Shown piece by piece: positions 1 to 13,010 of a stretch of DNA of 64,000 nucleotides; within the stretch, counting starts at the first letter, position 1, and each line of letters begins with the position of its first letter. Origin of the DNA: Octopus sinensis. Taxonomy: Eukaryota. The position numbers and the translations under genes are program-made. The notes under the pieces were generated by a model that worked only from the letters and a program-made list of their open reading frames with translations, had not been told where the DNA came from and ran no database searches. The stretch lies in assembly GCF_006345805.1 (NCBI RefSeq), contig NC_043012.1, positions 58,962,001 through 59,026,000 on the forward strand, read 5' to 3'.

Positions 1-66
<66 letters not shown>

Positions 67-120
67 TGTTTGCTTGATAGATTGATTGATTCATTCATTC
101 ATTGCTTGATTGATTGATTT
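1..120. repeat. (ATAG)n microsatellite grading into (ATTG)n/(ATTC)n
   Basis: Direct reading of tandem tetranucleotides. Confidence 0.95.
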
Positions 121-681
121 AGACAAGTTCAAGGCGGAATTGTTAGAGAGTCAGATAGATGCCGTATGGGTTTGTACGTTGAGTTCAAATCACGTCCTGT
201 CACAGAAGGAAAAAGAAATTGTAAAAGTGACGCTTCTGTCAGGAGTTTCCACCGACAAATAAAATCAGAAATTTGAAAACCAATGGCGACATATGCTTTC
301 GATTCCATTTTGGAACCAAGAAAATATGCTTCCTACAATCTTCAAGGATCACCACACATACACATACATTCATGTGCGTTCGTCCTTCGCCTATGTATAC
401 ATGGATGTATGTATTGGTGCCAGTTTCGGGCGCAAACCTTAGACAAGTGGCTTCTACCACAGCCCTAGGCAGACCCAAGCTCTGGATTTCGTTGTGGGAA
501 ACTGGAAGCACCCATATCCATGCATACATACATACAAACATACATACATACATACATGGAGAGAGGGACAGTAATGGACCTAATCAAAAAAGAAAAAATG
601 ATATATAATCCTAGAGCAATAGGATAGCGTTTCAGATAATGCCTTCTCACACTCATCTGTTCACACATATACACATTTATG

Positions 682-727
<46 letters not shown>

Positions 728-733
<6 letters not shown>

Positions 734-1027
734 TGTTCCTTCTCGAGCCACGCCTGGCTCATAGGTCCGGTTTCCCGGCTCACCTGGCGTATAGGTTCCC
801 CACCTGGACGGGACGCCGGTCCGTCGCAGGTGAGCTGCAAGATGCAGGAGGAAAGAGTGAAAGAAAGTTGTGGCGAAAGTGTCAGCAGAAGTTCGCAATT
901 ACCTTGTGCCGGATCCGCGTGGAGCTTAGGTGTTTCGCTCATAAACACACACATCGCCCTCTCTGGGATTCGAATCCGCGATCCCTCGACTGCGAGCCCG
1001 CTGCTCTAACCACTAGGCCATGTGCCT
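728..1027 (-). mobile_element. tRNA-derived SINE, family C (Arg-like head, possibly octopus OR-type)
   Basis: Minus strand reads ggcacatggcctagtggttagagc (A box)...ggattcgaatccc (B box), then a body ending gaaggaacaaacaa; clearly homologous to the plus-strand copy at 41874-42175. Family naming is from recall, not a search. Confidence 0.85.
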
Positions 1028-1078
1028 ACACACAAACACACACACACACACACTCACACACACACACACTCACACACC

Positions 1079-1134
<56 letters not shown>

Positions 1135-1196
1135 ATATGTACACACATGCATACGTACATATACACACACACGCCAACTCACACATCCGCTTTTGT

Positions 1197-1227
<31 letters not shown>

Positions 1228-2440
1228 CACTGAACAGAGGAATTATGTATCTAATGCACAAGTTTATTGAAAATTTAATAAGATCCCGAATATTGAAGAC
1301 AGTGAAACATGTATTATTCTCTTTATAACGATTTCATTTCATTTATTGTTTACGGTTGTGATTTCCAGTCATAATAAACACACTGGAGAAATTTCTCCAA
1401 AACTGCAGGTTAAATAAATATGAGTATAACTGGAGCAATCCTAAATGGTAAAGATATTTCCAATATTATAGCTCGAACATCTATACATAACAGCTCCATT
1501 CACTGAAACCCGCCATCTTTTATTCTTAAAAATGAGGAATATATCGGTTAATTTAGTCATAGCTATGCGCAGAATTGAGATGTTACAGCTGGAAGGTTAA
1601 ACGTTGAGAAGGAAAACTTCAGTTATGATTAAAGCGCAAATTGAGCATTGTACAACATATTAATTACATGTATTTTTATTCTTACTTAGTAGAATAATAA
1701 TCATAAGATTTATAGTAAAACCAGGAAGCATGTAAGAGCGTTTCGTTTATTTTACTATGTTTGTCAGCGTTCTTTTAATTATGTAAGCGTAGCAAGAAGC
1801 AGGAGACAGCTAAAGCGAGTTAGCTGCAAACCAAGACATCCATCGACGCATTTTTAACTCCCCACCCAATCGAAGCCCTGTCAATACGCTGTGCAGTTAA
1901 TGTTCCTGTTAAAAGCATGAATGAAATATTTTCGTCTCCTTTTCCACTAAAATATAGAAAGAAGAAAATGAACAACATACCACGAAATAAATGTATTCCT
2001 GCCTTCACATTCAACCAATCCTTCCATTAAATAAAATTAGACCAAATTTAATTCAGATATTTTAATTTTACTTTTTTAACATTTCTTTTTCCTTTTTTTT
2101 TTTGCGGCTAACTTCAAATAAGTTCGAGATGGTGAAAAGTACTTCATAATTGACGCACTTTTCGTAATCCAAAAACGTTCAACGAAGCTACTTGATAAAC
2201 AATTTGTAAAACGTATGGATGCCTCATGAATGGCTTTTCTGATGGCAATTACTTTTCGGTAGAAGCTAATTTTAAAAAAATAACAACGCTGTCTACCATT
2301 AAAATTATTTGCTTGCAGGTTCTTGCTGCACTTTAAAATTATTCTAACTCCTTATTTCCTGTAGCTCAACATTCGTAAAAGCTGTGACATCAATCGAAAT
2401 TTCAACTTACATTTGATACTCGATATTAATGGTTAACATA

Positions 2441-2865
2441 GGACAGCACGCTGGAAGGGCGGGTAAAATTCTTAGCGGTATTTCGTCCGTCTTTTTAGTC
2501 AAATTCGGCCGAGGTTGACTTTGATTTTCATCCCTTCAGTGATAGATAAATTAAGTACCAGTTGATCACTGGGGTCGATATAATCGACTTATCCCCTTCC
2601 CTGAAATTACCGGCTTTGTGGCAAAGTTGAACCCAATATTAATGCTTAACATTAGACGGCGAGTCGGAGGAATCCCTCGCACATCGGACAAAATGCATTG
2701 AGGCATTTTCTCCTCCAGCTTTTTACGTTTTACGTTCAAATTCCGTTCAGGGCGATTTTATTGTTCTTCATTTCAAGGCCACCAAAATAAGTAACAGTCG
2801 AATGTAATCGACTCGTCTAGTCACCTCAAAATTTCTGGTGGTATGCCAAAATTAAACACAAAGAA
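2441..2865 (+). mobile_element. Two degenerate copies of SINE family A
   Basis: cttagcggtatttcgtc...aaattcggccgaggttgactttg...taagtaccagt...ggggtcgatataatcgactt matches the family A body seen at 15881 and 59410. Confidence 0.7.
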
Positions 2866-4179
2866 TATTAATGGTTAGCAAACGTACAAGACCCATCTTT
2901 GGGTAAAGGAAGGATTATTAAATCAATAATGGCTGACCGCAATTTTATTTGAAAGAAAATATCTGACAAGTTGAGGCGTGGCACTAAGAATGTAAGGGCT
3001 GCAGTTTTATATCACTGGATATTTCTACGTGACACTAGACTCACCAGAGGGCTTTTCGCTTTAGAGGAGTTCAGTTTAAACTATTTTCTTACTCTTCGAT
3101 TGCGTCTGGTATTTGAGTCTTCTTGTTAAAACGTACGCTTATGGCTTCCTTTCACAACTTTTCTCTTGGATCAGAGTTAATTCTTATCAGATCAAAATCA
3201 CCGCTGAATATGAGAGCTGTGTCCGGCCCACTCTTAACTAATATCGTACTTGCTGCAACGACCAAAAACTACCAAAACTTACAATCTTTAATTTTGCTCT
3301 AAACTTCTCTAACCATGAATCAACCGCACGCAATCCAGCAATCGTATGTGTAATTTGCACTGATTCTGATTCCATGAATGGAGTCATCAAAAGGTTCTTC
3401 CATGGGTCATACGCATCTTGACCCTTTTTACAAGCAACGAATCCTCACACTACATCACATCTCCTGAAAATGACTGGTTTCTCTAAGTAAGTATTTCTTC
3501 TGTTGCAAGTGCATCCACCATAAGCTAGGGTTGTCTCTCAAGCTTCAGTACTTCTTTTCTGGCCAGTTATTGTCTGTTTTCAACTGAGAGGAAGGGGAAA
3601 AGTGGGAAGGATATAGTATCTTTTACTTGTTTCAGTCATTACATTGCGGCTATACTACACAGCCTTGAAGTGTTTTCAGTCGAATGAATATTACCGCGAT
3701 AGGGTGCTGCCATAGTTTTTATTATTGTTGTTTTTGGTGTTTCTGCTTCTAGCTCCGCGTCATCTTTGACAGAAGAACTCTATGGTCAATGTTATTTCAG
3801 TCTCGACCATCTAATCTGATTCATTCAGAAATGAGTGTTTGGGACAACATTACTGGACGGCCAATATAAAGTCCTTTCTTTGTTTGCCAAACCTACGCAC
3901 CACATCCTATCACTCCACATTCCAACAGTAAAGACATTTTCAACGACGTTGCGTCTGTCTGAAATTCCCTCATGCATACGTATTTCAACGAGACATCGAT
4001 TTATAGATGTTCAAATCGATCATACAGTATATCGATCTCTCTTAGGCTAGAGTCTTATAGAACCTGCCCGGGAATGCTATCGATCACCTCTTATGATTAA
4101 CATATTATAATATACTACGTGTGTGTATGTGTGCGTGTGTGTGTGTGTATGTGTGTGTGTGTGTATGTGTGTGTGTATG

Positions 4180-4214
<35 letters not shown>

Positions 4215-4224
4215 CTGCGTATAC

Positions 4225-4590
4225 GTTCTGTGTGGTAAGGAGGTAAAACGTTTAAAAATTTGATTCCGAACCACATGGTCTCAGGTTCAGTCGTACTGCA
4301 TGACAGTTTGGACAAGTGCCTTCTGCTATGCTATAGCCTCGGACTAATCGAGGCCTTGTGCGTGGGTTTGGTAGATGGAAATGAAAAAGGAAACCGTCGT
4401 ATGTACATGAGTGTGTGTGTGTGTGTATGTGTTCTCCACCACCACTTGGCAACTTCTGTCCTGTGTTGATGTGTTTACTTTCCCACATCTTAGCGATTCG
4501 GCAAAAGAAGCCAATAGATTAAGTACTAGGTTTAAAAAAGAAATTACTTACGGGGATCGATTCGTTCGTCTAAAATCCTTGAAGTCGGTG
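4225..4590 (+). mobile_element. Degenerate SINE family B with internal (TG)n
   Basis: aaccacatggt...ggttcagtc...ggtagatggaaa...cggcaaaaga...aagtactagg colinear with the full copy at 53463-53863. Confidence 0.7.
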
Positions 4591-5165
4591 CCCCACTATG
4601 GCCGCAGGCTAATGACTGGGATAAGTGAGAGAAAAGAATAAAAGAACAAAAGGATCTAGGGATAAGTTAGAGAAAGAAACTAACTTCAAGAGACTTGCTG
4701 TCTCAAATTCTTTCTAAAACCAGGAAACTATTTTTGTTCAAAGAAACAAATCTGATCGTTTAAACTACGAGTTATTCTATTCGGAGATGCACGGAGATTG
4801 ACTGTTAGTGGACGGCTCAAATGTGTCGTAAATTACCGATTAAAATGAAATTTAAGTTTACAAAAATAACCTGTCAATATCTATATTAGTGATGAATCTG
4901 GAGATCAGAAATTTTCTCGAAAGTTTGTCGTCTAAATTGGAATCTGATAAGTACAAATCTTGACATAATGCATAAAATATTCCATCATATATAGGATATC
5001 AAAATAGTCATGCCCATGTCTATTCTGATCACTTCTGTTCCGCATGACGACGAGTCATTTAATAGTTGCCATGCGGTTATCAATGAGTTACAGAAAATTA
5101 TAAATACTGACTTATTACGAAATGATATTTACATCTAGAAATTGAAACTGCACTTCGGAATTTGG

Positions 5166-5184
5166 TTTCAGAGTGTATCACGAC

Positions 5185-5231
<47 letters not shown>

Positions 5232-5232
5232 A

Positions 5233-5287
<55 letters not shown>

Positions 5288-5291
5288 AATC

Positions 5292-5338
<47 letters not shown>

Positions 5339-5368
5339 TTCTATATATATATATATATATATATATAC
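5166..5368. repeat. Compound microsatellite (TCTA)n-(CT)n-(TA)n
   Basis: Direct reading; explains the YLSI/LS/YI pseudo-ORFs. Confidence 0.95.
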
Positions 5369-5385
5369 GCTCACACGATAATATT

Positions 5386-6132
5386 CTGTTCTACTCTAGG
5401 CACAAAGCCCGAAATTTTAGGGGAGGGAGCCAGTCGATTACATCGACCCAAATATGCAACTGATACTTAATTTATCGACCCTGAAATAATGAAAGGCGAA
5501 GTCGACCTGGGGGAAATTTTAACTCAGAATTTAGAGACATACGAAATACCTATTTCTTTACTACTCGCAAGGGGCTAAACACAGAGAGGACAAACAATTA
5601 CAAACAAACGGATTAAGTCGATTATATCGACCCCAGTGCGTAAATGGTACTTATTTAATCGACCCTGAAATAATGAAAGGCAAAGTCGACCACGGCGGAG
5701 TTTGAACTCAAAACGTAGCGGCAGGCGAAATACCCATTTCTTTACTACCCACAAGGGACTATACACAGAGAGGACAATCAAGAACAGACAAACGGATTAA
5801 GTTGATTATATCGACCCCTATGTGCGTAACTGGTACTTAATTTATCGACCCCGAAACGATGAAAAGCAAATTTGACCTCGGTGGAATTTGAACTCAGAAC
5901 GTATCGGCAGACGAAACACCTATTTCTTTATTACCCACAAGGGGCTAAACACAGAGGGGACAAACAAGGACAGACATAGGTATTAAGTCGAGTACATCGA
6001 CCCCAGTCGGTAACTGGTACATGATTTATCGACCCCGAAAGCGGAATTTGAACTCACAACGTAACGACGGGCGAAATACCATTACGCATTTCGCCCGGCG
6101 TGCTAACGTTTCTGCCAGCTCACCGCCTTACA
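5386..6132 (-). mobile_element. SINE family A multimer: one tRNA-like head plus four ~187-bp body units, 14-bp TSD
   Basis: Head aaggcggtgagctggcagaaacgttagc ends near 6129; junction cgaaa(t/c)acc(t/c)atttcttta at ~5541, ~5725, ~5911; direct repeat cacacgataatatt at 5372-5385 and 6133-6146. Confidence 0.85.
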
Positions 6133-6626
6133 CACACGATAATATTTAACTAGTACACAAGTATTTAACTAGACTTGTGGCCTGTATTATAAAATTATAT
6201 ATATATATATATATAGATAGATAGATAGATAGATATATGTTTCTTTATTAGCCACACAGGGCTGCACACAGATAGAACAAATTACAAGGTAGAGCTTTTT
6301 CTTTTGAAGGTATTAAAAAAAAAAAAAAAAAAGAGGAACGGGGCGGTTCGATCAAAAGGGATCGTAAAAGGAGAGAAAGAGGACAAAAATAAGGGGGGTT
6401 AAAAAAAAAGGGGGGGGGGGGAGATGAAAAAAAATGATCAATAGGGATCGTTATCACAGAAATGTCAATATGAAGTGTAAAGGGAGGACAGGTGAGGTTT
6501 ACCCGTGGAAAGAAAAGCCTGCGGAAAAGACCACGGTAACCTCGGTCAATGAAGTCACATTTTATATTCTTTTTTTTTTTTTTTTTTTTTTGCAAATAAG
6601 CAACTCTCTGTTTTCGATTTCTGGGT

Positions 6627-9600
6627 TCATAGGACTATGCTCAAGGTGGCTTCGTCATTCATACGTGCCATTCTTGCTACATTCACCCATCTTTTTTTAA
6701 AACATTCGCTAGACAAAACTTGCCTCTCTACTCTCACTTTCCTTTTCAAGTGGGTACTTGAAGAAGTTGATGAGAGATTGACCAGAGAGGAAAGTGTTTG
6801 TCTCCAATCTTTCAGACGCGCACCAGATACATTCTTTCGCCATAGCCACAAGGATGATGAAAATAGCTCTTCTTCCCGTTTGAAGGAAGGAGGCGTGACA
6901 ATATTGACGATAGACTCAGCTGATAAACCGACTCGTCCCACACGTGACAGCAGGTGTTCGACATAAGCCCACAGGTCGGAAATTGTGGACACTGAACGAG
7001 TGCGTGCAGAACGGTTTCGTCGCTCTGACCGCATCTCGGGCAGGTCGGCCCGTGTTTCTCGAGCCGTGTCTGTAGAGCTTATCCCGAACGGGTAGCGCTT
7101 CTCGGTAGCACTGCCAGGCCAGGGATCTCTGGAAGTTGTCCATGGGCCCTGGCCCGAAAGTCGTCCCGAACAGGCGGGGTCAGGTACTCCTCGTCGACGT
7201 CCAGGTTCGCCCCGAGCTCGTCGTCGTACCTCCCCTCCACTAAACCCCTATAGAATGCTTTGGTTGTGTTGAAGTCACTTAAGGTCGACCAGGACGGCAG
7301 AGTTGCTTGAGAGCAACGCGACACTCGCGGTGCCATTCGCCCTTCCTCGGCCTCTTTTGATCCACGACTGCAGTTCGGTCATGGAGACGAGCTGCGGGAA
7401 AGCGTGCCTCACAAACGGCGACCACACCTGTTCACCGTCGTCTACATAGAGCCAGAGATGTCGCAGTCTCAGCGCGTGTCTGCGCATCATCAACCACGGC
7501 ATGCCCAGCCCTCCTTTTAACGGGTGTTGACAGCAAATGGATCGCCTGACCATCGGGACGCATCCTTTCCACAAGAAGCGAAAGAGGATGCGTTGGTTTG
7601 GTGATGGTAGGGTCGGGACAAGGTACGACGGTCAGGCGGTAGTAGATGACGGACGCGATGTACGTGTTCGCCACCTCCGCTCGACCTTTTAGGGACAGTT
7701 TCCTCTCGGCCCATTGCCGGGCGAGAGTGACCACCCTACTCGTTATCTCGTTCCAGTTCTTCTCCACTTGGAGGTCCGGACCAAACCAGACCCCGAGCAA
7801 CTCAACCGGGCCGTCGGTCCAGCGTCCCACGACGGAGGCGCTGGTGGACGGCATGGGCTTGCTTCTCCAGGTGCCTAGTCGCAAGCCACTGACTTTTCCC
7901 GGTTGATTTTCGCTCCTGTCACCGCTCGTAGTTTTCAGTGTCTCGCCGACCAGCTCGATGTGCTCGTGGCTAGACACTATGACGGTGACGTCGTCCGCGT
8001 ATGCAGACACGCTCGTCCGCATCCCAATTCTCGCGGGATGCCCTTAGAGTCGCCAGCTTCCGCAGTAGTAGTGGTCAAGAGTCAATACGTATAGAAGCGC
8101 CGAGAGGGGGCATCCCTGACGGACCGAACGTGCAATGTCGAAAGGTCTCGATAGATGTCCATTTACGCGAATTACCGAACGGATGCCTCTGTACAAGGCA
8201 GCTATCCAGCCGCGGAAGACGGGACCGAAACCAGCCGCTCTCAGGACTGCCTCCAAGTATCGATGGTCTACCCTATCAAAGGCTTTTGATTGATCCAAGT
8301 TGATCAGGGCCCCACCATGCCAGGTTCGTTAACTACCCTGTCTATGATGTAGCGCATCAGATGGAGGTTGTCATGGATGGTCCGGCCTGGCACGGCGCAT
8401 GTTTGCGCCTGTCGACCAGTTTCTCGATGACAAGCGCCAACCTCTTGGCTAGCACCTTGGCCAAAATTTTCAAGTCTGCATTAAGCAGAGTGATGGGCCT
8501 AAAGTTATCTATTACATTTCCTGTTTAGATCTTTCTTCAGCAGTGTTACGGCTCCTCGGCTCACAAACCAGGAATGCTCCGTTTTGCTGCCAGTTGCAGT
8601 ACACCGCCGCCAAGAGATCCAAACAAGTCTGGCATACAATTGTAAAGCTCGTAGGGTAGACCATCCAAACCCGGTGATTTGTCCCTCGAGCATTCTGCCA
8701 TCGCTTCCCGCACTTCCGCCGCCGTGATGGCACCTTCGCAGCACCCTGCCTTTCTTGTCGAGAGTCGTGGTAGGCTATGTAGGTAGGCACTGAAGTCCAC
8801 CCTACGTTCTTGCCCTCCACTCGTTCCGAACAGTCGGGCAAAATGCTGCTGAAAGGCCTCACACATTTTACTTGGCTCGAGCAATTCGCGCCCCTGTTCA
8901 TCTACCAGTGACCGAATGGTGGCTTTGTTGCCCTGTTGCGCCTCTGCCACCCGGGCCTCTCTCGCGGCTCCAACACCTTCGTTCTTAGAGCACGCATCCT
9001 AGCTCTGACAGCACATCCTTCGTGTTTGGCGTTGAAGTGTTGGTCGAGGGCCAACCTCGCCGCCAAAACGTCGGATGCGATGCCGCTTCTAATTGCCTCT
9101 TCTAGCTTCTTAACTAGCTCACCCTCTACTCTATTTCTATCTATGGCTAGTGCTTTGCTGTACCTAATCGCTTCTGCTTTTACTGCTCTCTTGAGGGCAA
9201 ACCACCATTTGTTGTTGATGATGGCTCCCGTCAAAGCCCTCTTTACTAGTGTGCTAATCCGGTCTCTGAAAATGTCTCGATGGGAAAGACGCGTTTAGTT
9301 TCCAGTATCCGGACCCTGCCTAAGTGTCTTACCTAAGTCTAGCGTACATGTCACAAGTTTGTGATCCGTGTAGCTGACTATGTGGAATTGTGGACATCCT
9401 ATGCTATCTCTATCTACTGTCCTACACAGTATCCTATCTAGATACGATCTCGACGACCCGATGCGGTTGCTCCATGTCCACGTTGGCGCATTCGGGTGGT
9501 CTAGTCGAAACCTGTCAGACAGTTGAAAGCGTCTGAGCAGGTCTCTGAGGCATTTGCATCCCCGTCTATTCCTATCTCTACCCACGTAGTCTACATGCGT

Positions 9601-10040
9601 GTCCAAGGTAGCATTCCAATCCCCCACTAAGAGTAAAGGACGAGACGTTCCCAAGAAAACTTCTAGACGTTGAAAGAAATCCGCCCGACCTGTTAAGGGC
9701 GGTGCGTAAACTGATACGAGCCGAAAAGCGCACCCATTGCTGCCGTCGACATCCAGGACGACCAGTCTACCCTCCGGTCTACGAATATTGTCCTTACATT
9801 GAGATCCAGACTCTTGTGAAAAAGTACCGCGGTGCCACTACCGCCCATTCTCGGCAGACAGGGGGAAAAATAAATGTTGAACTGTCCGCCAAACATGGTC
9901 TTTAGGGCCCGCGGATTGTGGAGTCTGGTCTCGCTTATGGCTATGATTTCTAACTTATGTGACTTTATGTCATTTAAGAGGTACCCTTGTTTCCAAGGGG
10001 ACCCCAAGCCACGCGCATTTACACAACCAATCTTGATCAT
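6627..10040 (-). pseudogene. Frameshifted ORF2: APE endonuclease - reverse transcriptase - CCHC zinc knuckle
   Basis: EN: CVNARGL, ISETRL, LVGDWNA, SYLDRIL, YTDHKLV. RT: KSPGLDGLPYELY, DQSKAFDRVDH, RQGCPLSALLY, AYADDVTV. C-terminus: CPRCGQSDETVLHALVQC (~6985-7040). Start ATG at 10040, stop at 6627; about a dozen frameshifts. Confidence 0.93.
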
Positions 10041-10059
10041 AGTTCTAATGAATTAGAAT

Positions 10060-10785
10060 ACAGAGGGACTTACTGCTCGAAAGTTTTTGCTTTCTCTCCG
10101 TTGGTTTGTCCTCGAGAAGATCCCAGTACAGTTTCTTTGTGAGATATTTTTGGCATTTACCAACCGCACTGGGGAAAATGCCTTTGAGTGTGTGGTGCAG
10201 ACTTTTGGAGATGTGTATATTTTGATGTGGTCTGGTGGTGTGTGTATGGGTGGTTGTTTGTTTTTATGTCATCTTCTGTATGTTTGTTTTGATTGGATGT
10301 ATTCCATCAAATTTGTGTTTTTGGTGTCTATGGCTGTGAGCATGTTTGCTGTATATGTTTTTGTGGTGTTGGTGTGGCTGTTGTTTGCGTTGGGTTTTGA
10401 AATGTCTTCGGGAGATGTATTTCCCCCTGCTTTGTTCGTGTTTGCATTTGGTTTGGTTGTTGTTTCTGCTCTTTATTTTCCTTCTTTTTGTAGCTATTTG
10501 CCATTCCTCACTGGTTTCGTCTTCCGACGAAATTCTGAGGAATCAGAAGGGGTATAGGGGTATGTTGTGGGCTTCTATGTATGTCTGTGTAAGGGTTGTG
10601 TTGTTGTTTTCGTTGTTGTTGGTTGTTGAGTGTTTGTGTGTGTTGAGTGCGGTATAAGGGATGGGGGATCAGTTTGTGTGTGTTTCTTTGTTTTTCTGTT
10701 CCTTTGGGTTTTGCTGTTGATGGTAGTGTTGGTATTTTTCCAGGTGTCGAGTGGTTTTTGGTGATGATGACGGATTAGCTTGGTG
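10060..10785 (-). pseudogene. C-terminal low-complexity remnant of the Tx1 element ORF1
   Basis: T/P/Q/K/N-rich frameshifted reading immediately upstream of ORF2, including ISSEDETSEEWQIATKRRKIK; no RRM or zinc knuckle seen (truncated). Confidence 0.55.

Positions 10786-10878
<93 letters not shown>
10786..10878. repeat. (ATAG)n microsatellite abutting the truncated 5' end of the Tx1 element
   Basis: Direct reading. Confidence 0.95.
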
Positions 10879-10881
10879 TAA

Positions 10882-11068
10882 TATGATGGATCGCTAGCCA
10901 CTACACGTTCTTTATTTTCTATCCTTGTTCCTTTTCTGTGTTACTTTCTTTTGAGGGCGTAGACTCGAAACGTTAAAGACTTTTTCACTTCCCGAATGTT
11001 ATACTAATACATCTGTTTGTTGTCTACACACATGTCGTCGTCTTTGTTTTTTCTTGTGAATTCGCCCA
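10882..11068 (+). mobile_element. ~185-bp dispersed repeat (family H2), Penelope pLTR-like, degenerate hammerhead-like motif
   Basis: Colinear with 27874-28040 (+) and 60333-60516 (-); shared gcgtag(g/a)ctcgaaacgt(t/a)aaaga...taatacatctgtt; embedded in microsatellites. Confidence 0.7.
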
Positions 11069-11075
11069 TTAATAT

Positions 11076-11109
<34 letters not shown>

Positions 11110-11136
11110 CTATATGTGTGTGTGTGTGTGTGTGTG

Positions 11137-11179
<43 letters not shown>

Positions 11180-11920
11180 CATAGATAGATAGATAGATAC
11201 TGGTTTACTGGACCATGAGAGCTGTATAGAATGCATTCTCGATTCATTTTCATCTGTCTGTTCCATGAGTTCAAAATCCACTAGGGTCAAAATTAGCCTT
11301 TCATCCTTTGCATGAATATAGTAACGTGTTTATTCGTGCATAATGCGAGATAATTAATACAAAAAATAACAGGGTCAAAATTTGATGGTTGGCATTCTAC
11401 TCTAGCCTGAAATATAATAATAAGCGCAACAACAAATCTGTGAAAACGAAGACAGCGAAGACGATCTCCTGGAGACATCTACCGACTAATATGTACACTT
11501 CATTGCATCTAGCTATGAAACGGTGTGTGTAGCGGATACTTTCAACAGAAATTGTTAATTCTATTAGCAAGCCAGTGGCATGTGGTTATACAATCTATTG
11601 TATTCAAGTAGTTATTCAGTTTAAAGACTGCAATTTAAAAAGCGAAAGTTATATTAATGACGTAATTTTCTGTAGATATATTGATAATAAAAACCGTCTT
11701 ATCGGTCGGGTATACGATATAATAATGTTTTTTTTTGTGCCTGTGTGTGTGTATGTGTGCTTTTTTTTTGCCCTCTCTACAACAGGTGGAGCCACGTTAT
11801 ATTTGAAACCATGTTGCAATCGATAATGGAATCGGTAGAAAGCGTTGGAAAGTATGACTCAAAGTATCCAGACTGCGTCTGTGGACCTCTGGGCTGGGAT
11901 CCGGGCAAAAAAACACATGC

Positions 11921-11973
<53 letters not shown>

Positions 11974-11994
11974 CATACATATATATATATTATA

Positions 11995-12028
<34 letters not shown>

Positions 12029-12043
12029 CATATATATACATAC

Positions 12044-12079
<36 letters not shown>

Positions 12080-12386
12080 TAATATATATATATATATTAT
12101 ATATACACACACACACACATTATATTACATTTGTCTCCTTTCGTACGTCTACGCCGTTGTTTTGTTTGATCGAGCAATGATTGTACGCAAATCTTGCGGG
12201 TGCCCCCGATATATGAAGTTCCCAATCTTAAGCATGAAACTGAGTGTAAGTATTTTTGATCGATAACTGAAGAAGGATTGGGACCCTTCTGTGTCTGTCC
12301 TACGTGTACGTTTTGTAGTTTTTAATGCTTTAATGCATTTTTCATATATACATACATATATATATGAATATGTGTGTGTGCGTTTG

Positions 12387-12431
<45 letters not shown>

Positions 12432-12432
12432 C

Positions 12433-12475
<43 letters not shown>

Positions 12476-12559
12476 GCATGGTAAGATAATTAATAAATCT
12501 ACCGAAATAATGAGTTCCACGGTATGAAATTATAAATACGTCTTATTTAAATACACTAA

Positions 12560-12739
12560 GTGTTGTTGTGTTTGTGTGTGTGCGTGCGTGCGTGTGTGTG
12601 TGAGTGTGTGTGTGCGTGCGTCTGTATGTGTGTCTGTGTCTGTGTGGAGAGAGAAAGGAAGAGAGAGTAACAGACAGACAGACAGATAAATAGAGAGATA
12701 GTAAGACAGACAGACACACAGACAGACACGCAGACAGAC

Positions 12740-12833
<94 letters not shown>

Positions 12834-12837
12834 ATAA

Positions 12838-12911
<74 letters not shown>

Positions 12912-12951
12912 TGATTGATTGATTGATTAAAAGCTTGATAGATAGATAGAT

Positions 12952-13004
<53 letters not shown>

Positions 13005-13010
13005 CAGATA
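12560..13010. repeat. Compound (TG)n/(AGAC)n/(ATAG)n/(ATTG)n microsatellite
   Basis: Direct reading. Confidence 0.95.

Larger units (their letters stand above)
6239..10785 (-). mobile_element. 5'-truncated Tx1-like (L1 clade) non-LTR retrotransposon
   Basis: ORF2 fragments with APE endonuclease, RT and CCHC motifs; low-complexity ORF1 tail upstream; pyrimidine-rich 3' UTR ending ggctaataaagaaac. Confidence 0.92.

Noticed and set aside
12265-12292. ctgaagaaggattgggacccttc
   Set aside because: No GAAA after the stem; not a hammerhead.
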